Shown here: positions 27,225 to 40,597 of the stretch, piece by piece
How positions within the stretch are numbered: the stretch's first letter is position 1
Layout of the letters: each line of letters starts with the position of its first letter
Assembly: GCF_009834535.1 (NCBI RefSeq)
Contig: NC_045696.1
Coordinates: 95,420,001-95,484,000 of the forward strand
Length of the DNA stretch: 64,000 nucleotides
Source: Camelus ferus
Lineage: Eukaryota
Direction of reading: 5' to 3'
Program-made: the position numbers and the translations under genes
Notes under the pieces: model-generated
Told to the model about the DNA's origin: nothing
The model's input: the letters and a program-made list of their open reading frames with translations, nothing else
Databases searched by the model: none

Positions 27225-27743
27225 TGGTGATGGTTACTTTTATGTGTTAACTTGACTGGGCTAAGGGTTTCCCAAACAGCTGGTAAGTCATTATTTCTGG
27301 ATGTGCCTGTAAGGGTATCTCAGGAAAAGATTAGTATTTAAATCAATAGATTGAGTAACAAAGATTGTCATCACCAATGTGGGAGCATCATCCAATCTGT
27401 TCAGGGACTGATTAGAACAAAACAGTCAACGAAGGGTAAATTTTCTCTCTCTCTTTAAACAGAAGCATTCACCTTCTCCTGCCCATTGGTGCTCCTGGTT
27501 CTTGGGCCTTCTGATTCAGACCAGGTCTTATAGCATCACCGCCCACCCCTCCCCATTCTCAGGCCTTCAGACAAAAACTGAAGTGCACCGCCAGCTTTCC
27601 TGGTTCTCCAGCTTGGAAATGACAGATCTTGGGATTTCCAGGCCTCTACAACCACTTGAACCAGTCTTATAATAAATCTCCTTTTACATGTAGCTGTGTA
27701 TCTCTTACTGGTTCTGTTTCCCTGGAGAACATTGACTAACACA
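27225..27743 (+). mobile_element. ERVL solo LTR (MLT2-like)
   Basis: Starts 'tggtgatggttacttttatgtgttaacttgactgggctaaggg', ends 'ggttctgtttccctggagaacattgactaacaca'; AATAAA present. Confidence 0.9.
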
Positions 27744-27861
27744 GTAGGGGTTTTGCTATTTTTTTTTATATTCAGGTTATATGCAAAATATAGAATTTGA
27801 AGTCAGCCGATAGGAATTTATGCTCTACCTCCAACTCTGACTACCTAGTCCTTGCGAAAAT

Positions 27862-28286
27862 TAATACAGGGAAACTTAACTACAATGAAGTCGGGAGGTC
27901 AGAAAGGGGAGCTCTCATGTAGGACCACTTGACGTCAATTATAGGAAGAATGGCTGATTAAAGACTCAACAGAAGAATCATCAGGAAAGAATCATCAACT
28001 TCAGGTTTCCATAGGAAAAGATGTACATTGCATCTCCCATAAGAAATCAACTACCCCAGCATCTCAGCCAAGGAGAAACTGTCACCACTCCTGAACTCTC
28101 ACTTTTCTCTGCTTGTTCCAAACAACCCCTCTAAATTGTCTCTATCAAATGATGTTCCTCTTCTTTGTTTCTTGGACTTGCCTATGGTTTTTGTTGTAGC
28201 TTACTTGTCCTGAATTTCAATTCTCTACTATTCCAAACAGATTCATTTTTGCTAGTGGAATAACTGTTTTATTTTTTAGGTCAACA
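27862..28286 (+). mobile_element. ERV-type solo LTR nested in a MIR
   Basis: LTR-like 3' end 'ctgttttatttttaggtcaaca'; MIR 5' part upstream (27790-27860) and MIR core resuming downstream ('cttcagttttctcatttgtaaattgg'). Confidence 0.55.
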
Positions 28287-30348
28287 TTCTTAAGCAAATA
28301 TCTTCACCTGTTTAGGCTTCAGTTTTCTCATTTGTAAATTGGCAACAAAAATATTTTACACTATGTCTAGTTCATATGATTATTAACAGAATCAAATGTA
28401 ATTAGTGTATGAGGTAAGTCTTTAAAAATATAAACCCTTATACATATTGTTAGCTATCATTTCTTGATCTGGATGAATTAACCATATATCATACACCAGA
28501 GGAGATATAAGAATTAAGACAAATTGATTATATTTCAAAATGCTACATAATCTTCAAGGAAAAAATTCTCAAAGGAATAAACAGATATTTTCAAAATATA
28601 AAACCAGTTTGTATAGATGATATAAAAATTCTCATAGATTTATAATACACACACAAACACACACATACACAATATTTATTTTGAGAAACCCAAGGACTTC
28701 TCAGCAAAAAAACTAGACTTTTACTAAAAAAATAGTGACCTGGAGATTTTATTATTATATGGTTTATTCTTATTATTAATATAAACATGATATATTGATA
28801 ATTTTAAGTAATAAAATTGTAAGCCGTTTCAGAAAGCTAAATAAAATAGAAAATTCTTTTTTTTTTTTTCACATTGTTCAGTCAACCTCCTAATATGGGC
28901 ATAAACTTTGGAGGATTGGACTCTAGACTTTGATTCCTCAAAATAAAGCAAACAGTTTCCCATGACTTTATAACATGATTTTAGCCATTGGAAATATGTT
29001 GCACAAAAAGCTTCACACAGTACAACACAGCAAACATGCCCTAGTTGATGCAACAGTGTGGAGAGGGACAGTGTGCATAGACACGTAACTGTCCGGAGAA
29101 GGTCCTTGACTTTAAAATTATGAACTGGAACCTGAACATACAGAAACTTCATGGACTCCAGATGAAGAATAATGACAGAAATTAATTAGAGCTGGGGAAA
29201 GAATAAATACCACTTTTTTCAAAAAGCATGTACTAAGAATCCAAGGGAACAGACAGGTTACACATTCAGGGTATGTTTAATGAGGTTTCAAGAAAGCACT
29301 CTATTTAAAGATTGGTAGCGTGTTTTGGTTACATTTGCAGAAGGACACTCTGCTGTTTTCTTTTTTAATCTGACTGGAATTCTAATTTTTGCTATGTCAA
29401 AGAGACTCTCAAGTGTTTTTTAAATCTTCTTATAAAAATATTTCTCTTTTTAGCACTTAATGTAGCTCCAATCAACCCAAAGTACATTGCATTTCAGGGA
29501 AAGAAAAATTAAAACATAGTTCCAATCATTTTAAATCTGCTATATTTATCAAGTATTTTTGACTTGTTGATATGTTTTTAGACATCAATATTTATCAATA
29601 TGAAATTTCTTATGTACACTACTGTTAGCATTTTATATTATGCTGTAGTATGTTTGCATACGATTTTAAAAATATAAGAAAAGATTGAGATAGATGACTT
29701 ATTGTGACCAATCTTTCTCATTTCATATAAAGGAGAACTTTATGTAGGCCATTTTTTCCCCCAGCAATTTCTTCCTCTAAATAGACATAGTTTTTCTGAC
29801 GTATGAACCTAAATATCAATTTTGAAAATAGTTCAAACTTGTTGAAAGAATTTATTATTTTTACAACCTCACCACATAATTTTATAACTCCATTATTTGC
29901 CAATAGCCATGTATCATTAAAAGAAGAGAAGAAAATGGACATAGGACTAACATCTTGAAAACGTTTTAATTAAAGCTTAGTATGCTGATTTCTCACCATA
30001 AGAATAAAGAATGTGAGTCAGCAAGAGGCTCGTAAGGAATGCTATTACTTCCTCTATGTTCCCAGAGAATTGTCTGTACTCTACATTCTAGAATTTATGA
30101 CTGTCTTACTAAAATTGTTTGTATACATATGAGAATGCTAGTTCCTCCAAGATAGAGACCATTTTATTATTTTTTTATGTTATTAGTGTACTCAACATGT
30201 TGAATGAATGAATAACTCCACATATACATGAGTATAAATGTGATTTTGGTAAATTAAAAAAAATTTATGACTATGACTATGATCCATAGTTAAAAATACA
30301 TTTTACATTGGGATGCAAAATACAAATGTCTATGTGTCTCCCTTGGTT

Positions 30349-30349
30349 A

Positions 30350-30392
<43 letters not shown>
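30349..30392. repeat. (CTGT)n(CTAT)n compound microsatellite
   Basis: Directly visible. Confidence 0.95.
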
Positions 30393-30927
30393 GAAACAAA
30401 AGAGCTGCAAATCAATATTCATCCTTACTCCAGACACCATTCTCTGATATTTTCTATTCTAATTTTATCATTTCTTAAAAAGCCTTGATCTACAGTTCTA
30501 AAAACTCTGCTTTGTGGGATAGAAAAGAAATACTAGAATCAATTCATCCCTAATTAGACTTACACACAGGAAACTACTAGAAAACAGGTATGTGGATACC
30601 GACCATTTCATAAAATGTTCTGGAAATGCTGACAGTACAGAAAAGATACTTGAGTGTAAATTTCTGGAGAAGGCTTCAGAGAAGTTTAACTCCATGTGAG
30701 CCTCAGTATTTTAGAATTTAGAAGTGTAGAGAGAACCTGAACATTCTATGGTATGAAAGAGCAAGGAAAGGAAGAGAGGAGTAAAGGGCTCTACTTGGCT
30801 AGAACCACAAGGATCTCAGACACACGGGCTAGGAGAGAGAAAACGGACTGAATATCAGACTGAGGACTTTATTAGGGTCTCAAACAGTGTGCTGTCTACA
30901 TCTATCATCTCTCTCTTTCTAATCTAT

Positions 30928-31474
30928 TGTGGAAGAAGGGAAATTTTCCCTCTTTCCCCTCTTAGTTCTTTTGACTGGCAATAAAAATGACATAAAGCAG
31001 ATTAACAAGAGAAAATCAAATCTGCTGCATGTGTACATCACATCACATAAGTCTGAAGAATTCCAAAGACAGCAAGGTCAAGTGACATATATATTATTCT
31101 GGACCAAGGAGAAAGAGATAGGGTTCTGAGACTTCAAAGGGAAGTAAGGCAATTCACAGGAAGATGAAGAGAGTTAATGTTCGGTAAATAAATGTTGCTG
31201 GGCCATCCAAAGACAATGGGACACAGAGACGACTTTGATCAAGTGGGCTTTGCTAGGTTCCTTCCTGTCTACCACGTCTAATTCATACTTCACTGTAGTT
31301 ATCTGTGGTGATAGGTCCTTCCTGGTGCAGGCCTCCTTTCTTAATTTCTTCTTGGCAGTAAGGAGGATGTTCAAAGATTCTTCCTGAGTCTTTTGGGCCT
31401 GAATTGTTTTCAGCTCAAAATAGTCTACATGCCAGAGTGGTTCATCTTGGGGTGGCCTGCCCTGAACCCCATCA
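30928..31474 (-). mobile_element. ERV1 solo LTR, MER34-like
   Basis: Minus strand starts 'tgatggggttcagggcaggccaccccaagatg...ctattttgagctgaaaacaa'; TG..CA termini; 4-bp TSD ctat at 30924-30927 and 31475-31478. Confidence 0.85.
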
Positions 31475-31478
31475 CTAT

Positions 31479-31488
31479 CCTCTCTCTC

Positions 31489-31532
<44 letters not shown>

Positions 31533-31560
31533 CCTACCTACCTACCTACCTACCTACCTA
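31479..31560. repeat. (TC)n(TCTA)n(CCTA)n compound microsatellite
   Basis: Directly visible. Confidence 0.95.
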
Positions 31561-34500
31561 TTTTAGAAATATCATTGTAGCATCAGCAAGCAAAATTTTT
31601 TCCCTTTGGTGAAAAGGAATATATACAGGGAACACAATTAACCTATTAAAATCCCCTTAGAAAGAGGTAATAAAGATCTGGCAATTTGGAAACTGCTGAA
31701 AAAGGAAGGTGCCTGATTGCTCAGGACGCCAAGCAAAGGATTGAATTAACTCTTAATGTTGTGAGCCTGGTTAACTGGTGGAATACTGGCAGTGATGACA
31801 GGAATAAAGAAACTGGAAATGATAGTCTGTTTTAGTGGGCTGTTTAGGGTGTTTTTGAGGCTCCTCCACTATTGAGTATTTCAATGTCCAAGCTTGTCTT
31901 CCTGTCTTGGAATGTGTAATGCTTATTTTTAGTTGAAAGACTCCAATCTCTTTGACAATTGGTAGTTTGAATGTTCACCTCTGGTATGACATGACATCAG
32001 GATGTAATTTTTTGGCCAAGAATGATTTCTATTTGCATAACTGGAATTAGGCTAAACTTCAGTGTCTGAATAATCTATTAGCAAATAGGCAAACATCCCA
32101 GAAATTAGCTGAACCAGATTGCTCTTGACATGGCTCTCCAAGTCTCATGATTGACCTTTGCTGAGATTCAATATATAATCAATAATTCAAAAACAAACAT
32201 ATCAGCAACCAAAAAATGAAATAAAACTAAAATAAAAAATGAAATAAAATTGTCACATCATGGAAATATTTTGAATGCTATACAAAACTTGACTGAAGTT
32301 GTTTCTTTCTCAATGAAAAAAATTTGGCCTTGAGCATGATTTTCAAAAACTATTAGGTTTCTATCTGTTAGATTTCAGAACTTCTTACCAGTGTTGTTCT
32401 CATCTTTCACTGCTTTTGCTTTCTTCCTACTCCAAGTCACTAAACTAAAAAGATGCACAAGTTGCCTCTGATAGATACTTTTGGCAAAAACTAAATCCAA
32501 CAGATATAGAAATGTAACACAGAGCATTATTTTATTTTAACTTTTTAAATACCCAAGTCAATTCTTTTTGGGCCCAAGAATATTAATTGAGTGTTATTTT
32601 CATGACTAGTCTTTTATTTTTTGGGATCCATTCATCTGAACAAGTCAGAGGTTTTATAAATAATGTCTTTGTATGATTGATTCACTTTGACATTATGATT
32701 TTATGTGAAATAAAAATATCTATTTTGTTAGTTTGTTTTGTTCTCAAATAGAAAAGGCACCAACAATAAAGTAATAATCAGTGTAATAAAGCATTATACA
32801 TTTACAGGATTATTGTCATAGGGTATATGATAGCATCATATACCAGACAAGGAATACATATCTTACAAATTTAGAATGTGCTCAGATGTTTATAGCACAC
32901 AGTATGTCATAATAATTCATAATTACAAAGCACCTTTCTTGATAGAGTCTATTTCATATGTCCTCATAGTCTCTTTGCTGCTGGTTCAAAGATAAATCAC
33001 TCTGTTTGTGAGATGAAGTGTGACACACAACAAATTCCTACAAAATCCATTTGAGTTGAAAAAAAAGGAGATAAAAAATTAAGCTAGCTGAGCAGATGTT
33101 TGCATGAAAGAGAGGACTCTACTGTTGATGACCTTGCAGGTCTGCTGGAAAGAGTTATTCCAGACACCAGTCCATAATGACACAATGGGTTCTGCCCCAA
33201 TGCAGGAATTAATGTTTCAAAATATCTTTACTGAATGTCAGGTGATGCTCTGCTAAGAGCCATTCCCGCTCCCCCACCTCCAGTTTTTAAATGTTCCTAA
33301 CATGATCAAAATAGTCTCTGAACGTAAGTGCTTTAATGACAAACTTTAGGAAAAAACTGAGGCACCAGTCACAGATGATTAAAAAATTAAAAGAACAATT
33401 CACTTTCTGCAGGTAAAACAAAGTTGGAATTTGGTAAGCATTATTACTCCAGTACTTCCATTTAGAAATAATGTCTTGTAGACTAGTAGGAACATCTAAA
33501 ATATTATTTTCCCAGATGACGATGTCTTATAAGGAAATAGTTACTCAGAATCTAATCACTTTCTGTTACTTGTAGTACGCTTAAACGATACAAAGAGAGG
33601 AGGTAATGTTAACTATGACAGATTCTAAGACCATACTATCATTTAAGTGATTTAATTTTTAGATAAGATTCCAAAAAGTGAATCTGAATCATAACAAGTA
33701 AAATTATTCCAAGACTTTTGAAATGTGACACTATGGTTGATTGCTGAGAATGTAATTACTGTAAAGAGTCAACAGTGAGTCTGCACTAAAATGTGATTTA
33801 GGTGATCTTCCCTTCTTAGCAATGCAAAAAGGAGCATAATAGAAACTTAACTTTGCTAAGACTCTGAGAAAATATTCAAGTGAAGCAACGACAACAAGGA
33901 GAAACCAAATGGCACCAGGGCAAATCACAAGATGACTTTTTTGAGTTCTTACAGATTTGGGAAATGAAAGTATATGAAAGCAATGAAGTTTAGGCAGGGT
34001 TTGGGGAACCCAGTGGTGATGCAGTCCAGATAAACCAGAGTTCAAGAGCGTCATAGTGCCAGCCTCACATGAAATTGGGAAACAGGTAGACTGTGGCTTT
34101 GGAACCACCCAGTCATTGTTCACTCCTCCATTTGGTGGGTGAGGGCTATGGTAGGGTTGGACTAGATGAAGGGAGAAGAAGAATTTGGCAATATCTCAAA
34201 TTCTTTAAAAATTTTCTGCTTTGGGCACTTTTCTTGACCACCACCATTCCTCTAAATATCCATTCTATGTACCTCAACCCAGGAGGCTTCCATTAAGTTA
34301 ACTTTTGCCTCCGAAGACTTTTTACTGTTCTAAACACCCCTCCGCATTTCTCAGTCTGAAATCTGTCTGACAGACCCGTGTGGGCAATAGGAAAGCATTG
34401 TAAAGCCTTCATCTCAGCTTAGCTGGAAGATTCCTTTCTTTCAGTATCTCTCTGATTTTTAGATTTCTCATTAGTAAAGTAGAACTAATACACCAATGTC

Positions 34501-34732
34501 ATAGGATTATGATAGGGATTCACCGGAAATAGTTTCTGGCACCTCAGAGCTTGGCAGCAAGTATGGGCTCAAGTGCCCTTCATCTTCCACATAGTGCTGT
34601 TGAAGAGGGAATTCCATGCAATCTACAGAGATGGTGTGTAGCAGTTCTAAAACAGTCCTTCTTTCTTCCTCCCCTCCTTCCTCCCTCTCTTTCTCCCCAC
34701 TTTCCTTCTTTCCTTCCTTTCTTTTAAACCTC

Positions 34733-34870
34733 CTAATATGAAAATGAATATGTGTATATTCATGTATGACTGAAAAATTGTGCTGTACACCAGAAATTGA
34801 CACAGCATTGTAAACTGACTATAACTCAATTAAAAAAAAAAGAAAATGCTGAAAAAATAAAAATAAAAAT
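34733..34870 (+). mobile_element. very short 5'-truncated L1 (3' terminus plus A-tail)
   Basis: 'tgtgctgtacaccagaaattgacacagcattgtaaactgactataactcaattaaaaaaaaaa'; imperfect TSD aaacctccta / aaaaatccta. Confidence 0.85.
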
Positions 34871-35970
34871 CCTAGCCCATCTGAAATACAACACGACATT
34901 CTCATTAGTCACAGGTGTGTTCACTATAAAATAATCCTCAAAACTTAAGTAATTAATTTCAAAATCTGGTGGCATATCTCATACGCAGATCGAAAAGTCA
35001 TACAGATGGTCTGGAACATCTAGGAGATATACTTCTGCTCTGCAGTTCCAGTAATGTCGCCGCTTTCAGGGGAACCCTTTTTTATTTGCAATGTTTCCAG
35101 GTACAGATAAAACTGGGGTTGCTTTGACTGCAGAGAGAGGGACAAAGAAGAATCTAGAACTGCTTTTGCTCTACAGTATCCAATGCAGCTCCAAAGAACA
35201 TACCCAAGCTGAAGAAAAAATGTAAAATCATTTTTGAGGTCTGATGTGGAAATAGTCAATTCTTTTCTGAAATTTACCTGTCCATATTTCAGAGAAACAA
35301 GATAGAAACCAACATACAAAGGTAGGATTTCAACAGTAGAGTTTCTAATTATATGCAGGGAATTCTCTAGCTTTTATAAAGTTGAGTAAACCAAAGCTGG
35401 CTCTTTCAAAAAAAAACACATGTATTCATTTCTAAACCTTTCTAGAAAAATAAAATATTTGCATTAAAAAATATAGCATTACATAACTATAAAAACCATA
35501 CATTCTTTATATATTTGATGTTTATACCAAGTTAGAGGCCAATGTACATTAAATCTTTTAAGGTAGATAGAGACAGTTATGAAAAATATTGTTATTCAGA
35601 AAACAAAGTGCTATACAAAGAAGTTAAGATATTAAAAACACAGATTTCTTTAATTTACCCCCATAAGCACTGGTTTTTTATGAAGGGATACATTATTACA
35701 ATTCAAAAATACTCAATAATTTTGGAGGAAAAAACCTAAGTATTACCACATTTACAGGTTTTAGTACACATGCTTTATTAGTGAAATTTAGAGCATATGC
35801 TATCTATGGGAGTTAAAAGTTGCAGTCACTAATAGTGTTATTTGCCATAATAAAAAAGTCATGGAATCAAATCATATTATAATTTGACAAGTGGCCTTTT
35901 TTACACTGTTACATATATCAGTTTATTTTTTGATAAGGTTTAACAAAACAACTAAGTACTTTGTGATTTA

Positions 35971-36082
35971 GGCTGGGGGAGATAATTAGGTTTATTTATT
36001 TTTAGAGGAGGTACTGGGGATTGAACCCAGGACCTCATTCATGCTAAGCATGTGCTCTACTGCTTGAGCTACACTCTCCCCC
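35971..36082 (-). mobile_element. tRNA-derived SINE, camelid Vic-1-like, lacking A-tail
   Basis: Same family as the 6642 copy (gggggagagtgtagctcaagc...cctgggttcaatccccagtacctcctctaaaaataaataaacctaattatctccccc); perfect 16-bp TSD agtactttgtgattta at 35955-35970 and 36084-36099. Confidence 0.92.
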
Positions 36083-37295
36083 TAGTACTTTGTGATTTAA
36101 CATTATTTATATTTATGAATATTTTTTCAAGATAATTATTTTCAGTCAGTCAGTTTGTGCTTGCGTTTCTGACTAGCTTGATACAGCTCCAGATAAAGTA
36201 AGGAGAAGGGGTCAGCAGTCTAGCCTGCTGTGGATTGTGTCAGAAAAGGAACTTGGCAACTCACCTAGAGAGACTACGCTCAGGTTCCTGCATCCATAAA
36301 AACTGGTGTAATAACAGTCACTCTTGCTTTTATTTAGCAGACATCAAAAAGATAAATAAGACAATTAAAGGAGCCTGAACATATGGGAATAACATATATA
36401 AACCTGAGGCAGGATTGTTTTCGTTATAATGATGCTGATGAACAATGATCATATTCAAAAGCTAAATAATTAATACAACTATATAAGACTTTTTTTTTTT
36501 TTTTTATTACATGCACAGAGAAACTTGGAAAGCGGGGAGGAATTATGTGCTGGGCTGTTGGGAAAGTCTGAGAGCCTGAATCCTGCCAGAGGCACTGCTG
36601 GGTGTGGTCACTTGCAACACTCCTGTCTGGCAGCTCCCATGTGAGTGCATCATAGATTTGTTTTTCCCACCAGCCTGTGTTGAGTAGTCTCCCCTCCTAC
36701 TTCGAACCAGGCATGTTTCCCTCTCACTTCTGGCAGAAGCGAAGGCCACGGACCTGATGGGACAAGCAACTTTTCTTCTCTGATCCCAGAAAATGCCTAT
36801 AATATTGGGGATTGAATATCGAAATGTACCTCTCCTATATCACCTTTACACACAGGGCTAAAATTTGCACCATCTGGCTTCATTATCAGTCAGAAGCCAA
36901 ATAGGAAAGACACTGCGTCTCCCCTAAAAAACAAGTCTTTGCTTCTGCCTCACAGTGTGCAGTCAGGCTTTCTACTACTCATACCATAAAAGTTAGATAC
37001 ATCCCCCTTTAATATAAAATTGTCATTTAAAATATAGCATGAGATTATCTCTGTAGTGCCTGTAGTGTAGTTCCCTGTAGTGCCTCTGGTCCACTGTCAC
37101 CATGACAGGGATGTCTCTCCTGATGTTCCCTTTCTGACCAGGTTTCTCTACTGACTATTTTATCCTTTTATAGCTCTATACCTAGCCTTGGTAACACTTC
37201 AGTATAATTTTTTATTTACCTGCAAGATTATTTGATTAGTATCTGCCTTGCCCAATGGACTTTAAATTATGACAGATCAGTAACAGTATTTTTAC

Positions 37296-37463
37296 TAGGG
37301 CTGTCATAATTAATATGCATGCATAAATAAAATAAAATATAAAAAGATTACAGGACACCCAGTTATATTTGAATTTCAGGTAAACAATAAGTTTTAGTAT
37401 AAGTATGTTGTTTACCTAAAATTCAAATGTAAGTGGGAATCCTGCATTTTACCTGGCAGCATT
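37296..37463. mobile_element. MER53-like hAT MITE nested in L2
   Basis: Palindromic 'acaggacacccagttatatttgaatttcaggtaaacaa...ttgtttacctaaaattcaaatgtaagtgggaatcctgc'; L2 sequence on both sides (~37100-37550). Confidence 0.8.
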
Positions 37464-39209
37464 TTCTAGTCACAATTTGACCTCAATGCCTATCATAGCA
37501 TTAGGAACATTGTCAGAGTTCAACTAAAATTTCTTGAATGGGTGAATGAAAGGTTGCAAGATAAAAGGAAAGTATTATAGAATTTTAGATAGTTGTCGAT
37601 ACATAAGAATACATGTCTGTATACTTATAATCCATTTCCAAAAAAAAAAACTTTCTTAAAATAAATTTTCAAAAGTAAAGAATAATCCATCAAGCTCATA
37701 TATAAAAGACTTTGACAGAGTTATTAACAAAAATATTGTACTAGAAATCTGCCATTAATATAGTTTTGATCTTCCTGGTCCCCATATATAAGAAGTAACA
37801 AAGTCATATACACACCATAGAATGAACTAAAATCCAAATTTGAGACAAAAGCATTCTTACAATTTTTTTACAACTTTGTTTAAAATATAGCAGATGAAAC
37901 ATAAATAATAGGTAGTTGCAGTGAAGTAATACTCTAGGGAGCATGTGCTATAGATATAGCAAGGGAAACTGGCAAGTTGCCTTCATTAGGGTTTAGGTTA
38001 AGTTCAGGAATTGTTCTTCCTCATCATTGTTATAAATGTTCGACACAATTGCTTCCTATAAATTACAAAGCAGATTATTGTCTTCTTAGAACTTTTCTGC
38101 TCATCTTTCCTTTCAAGAATTTCAACAAATACTGAATGCCTATTGTGTGCAAGACAATCTGTAAGAGATGATAAAAATATGTGCAAATGGATTAAAGACA
38201 TATCTAAATAGTGTACTTAAGTGGAAATACATACTTTTTTAGTAAAAAGAATTTGTTACATTCCCCAAATGTAGGACGGCAAAAATTGCAAAGCACAGAC
38301 AGAATCAGTTTATATGAGTACCAGTGAAGATGTGTAATATGACAGAGCTAATTCTCTGTAAGATACGTGCAGGTTGCCCCTTATTCTCCATCATCTGTAT
38401 AGTAGTATTAGCTATTTCATTTGTTTGGAGATTCCATTTTAAAACACTACAAATAAAATAAATATCATTGCAAGTTTAATTTATAGTACTACTACTCTAT
38501 GTAAGCTTACGTCTACTTTGCTGTTTTCTTTGAAATAAATGAAGAGATCCAGTGACACTCTCCACCTTATTACAATGTTTTAGATAACCACTTTGTGGTC
38601 GATTAAAGATGAGTTACAAATTCTTTGCTGTTTCTTCCATAAGAGGTGGAGTTTAAGTCCCCTGACTTTGAATCTAGGCTGCTTGTGGTGAAATGTTTCC
38701 TCTTCTTCTATATACTTTGGTTCAGTGTATGTAAGACTAAAGTGGTTTTGTGTGTGTGTATGTGTGTGTTTGGTGTTTGGTGTTTGGTAGAACTTGCTGA
38801 AAAAGCCATACCTGAACTTGTTTTACTTTTGTTTTTGGTTTGTGGGAAGATGTTTTCACTAGCAGTTCAAGCACTTTAATGGTTATCGGACTATGGTGTT
38901 TTTCTTCTGGATTCGATTTCTAGGAATTTGACCATTTTATGTAAGTGTTCACATTTATTGAAATAAAGTTGTTCATAATATCCTTATATTATGTTTAAAT
39001 TTTTGCATCTGTTAAGTCTCCCTTAAATTTCTAATGTTAATTCTTTAATCTCACCCATCTCTACCTCCTCACTATTCCCTCCACCTTCCTCTCCTCCTTC
39101 TCCTTCATCAATCTTGCCATAATTTTCTCAAGGAAACAGTAATTCACTTTAACTTTTTTGATTCATTTAATGTGCCTTTGTTTTCTATTTTATTTTCACT
39201 ATTTCTTAA

Positions 39210-39410
39210 TCTGTAAGTAAGGATGAAGGGTATGTATCCTTTCCCTGTAATAAACCATAACCATGTATACAATAGCTCTCAGTGAGTCCTGTGAGCACTC
39301 CTAGTGAATTCTCAAACCAGAGGGTGGTTGGGAAGCCCCTTAACTTGTAGTTGGTGTCAGAAGTCTTGGGAAAACAATCTAGAGGACTGTGCCCTCAAAC
39401 CTCACATTTA
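39210..39410 (+). mobile_element. ERVL-type LTR 3' fragment (MER21/MER77-like)
   Basis: 'tgtatcctttccctgtaataaaccataaccatg...gtgagtcctgtgagcactcctagtgaattctcaaacc...gttggtgtcagaagt'. Confidence 0.7.
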
Positions 39411-40009
39411 AGGGAATTTTGGAAATTATATATGTATTTAAAATAGAGAAACTGGACCAAAAATAGTCTGTCCACCTTCATTTAAAAAATTGCAGGAAGC
39501 CAAGTTACATCAAATTATTTTTAATAAACACCACAAAACAAAAAAATCACACCAGTTATTTTAAAAAGAAAAAGGTTTCTGTTATGCAGCATAGTTGGGC
39601 AATGACTTCACTCCTTAATTTAAAGGAATTTACATGACTTAAAAGACCCCATGTGACTTGGCCCCAACTTCTTCCTCACTTGCATAAGTTGGGCACCTAG
39701 ACTTGCTGGCCTTATTCAGTTTCCCCAAATGCATACTCTCTCAAAATACAGGGCATGGATTTTCCTCTGCCTGGAATGCTTTCCCCCAAATTTTCACCTG
39801 ATTTATTAGTGTTTATCCTTCAGACCTCAGCTAAATGCTCATTTTCCAAAGGAAGATTTTCCTGATTGCCACAGAGTATCTTACTCATACCTGTGTAGGA
39901 CTGCACATTTCTTCTTTATAAAACTTATGGCAGTTGTGGTATTTATGTCTGTCTCCCTTACTGTTAGCTCCAAGACAACAGAATTACCTATTTTGCTCAC
40001 TTTTACTGA

Positions 40010-40240
40010 GTGGTTACTATGAGCCAGGTACTGTGAGGCACAGTTTTTATTTCACTTAATTCATGCAATTCTATGAGTCAAATGTCATTATTGGTGTCCC
40101 CATTTATAGAAAAGGAACATTTGACATGAAGACATAAATGAATATGGAGAGTGTTACATACTAAAATATGGGGAAGACCAGGGTTGAAATCCATGAATTT
40201 TGACTCTAGGTCCTATATTTTAAAGTCACCATATTATGGT
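40010..40240 (-). mobile_element. MIR SINE
   Basis: 'ttactatgagccaggtactgtg...ttcacttaattc...cccatttatagaaaaggaac...gggttgaaatcca'. Confidence 0.7.
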
Positions 40241-40515
40241 ACAAGCTTAACAACACTGTTGCACAAACAAATAAAAATTAATAAAGTATGTGGTTAACAG
40301 AATACTTTGTTATGCTTTACAAACACTACTGCTTCCAAAATTTAGGTAATAGTCTCTCAGACCATAATTGTATTTAATCTTTCATAATCAAGAGTATATT
40401 CCATGACTATAATTCAATAAAAAATGTTTAAAAAAAGAGTATATTCCAGAATCTCATTGACCTGTAGAGATACTAGTAAGGGAATCACTTATTCCTGGTA
40501 AAAGTACCAGGAATA

Positions 40516-40597
40516 TATTAGATCAAAGTATACGAAATTGCAACTTGGAAGCAAAAAATAGTTTAATGCCAGTAACTTTATATAGTTTAACCTAATA
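40516..40597. mobile_element. MADE2-like mariner MITE
   Basis: ~80 bp with inverted termini tattag...ctaata and 'atacgaaattgc' / 'gtaactttatat'. Confidence 0.7.

Noticed and set aside
34990..35320. Acceptor-like sites on both strands and a 99-aa minus ORF
   Set aside because: No matching strong donor and no recognisable peptide.
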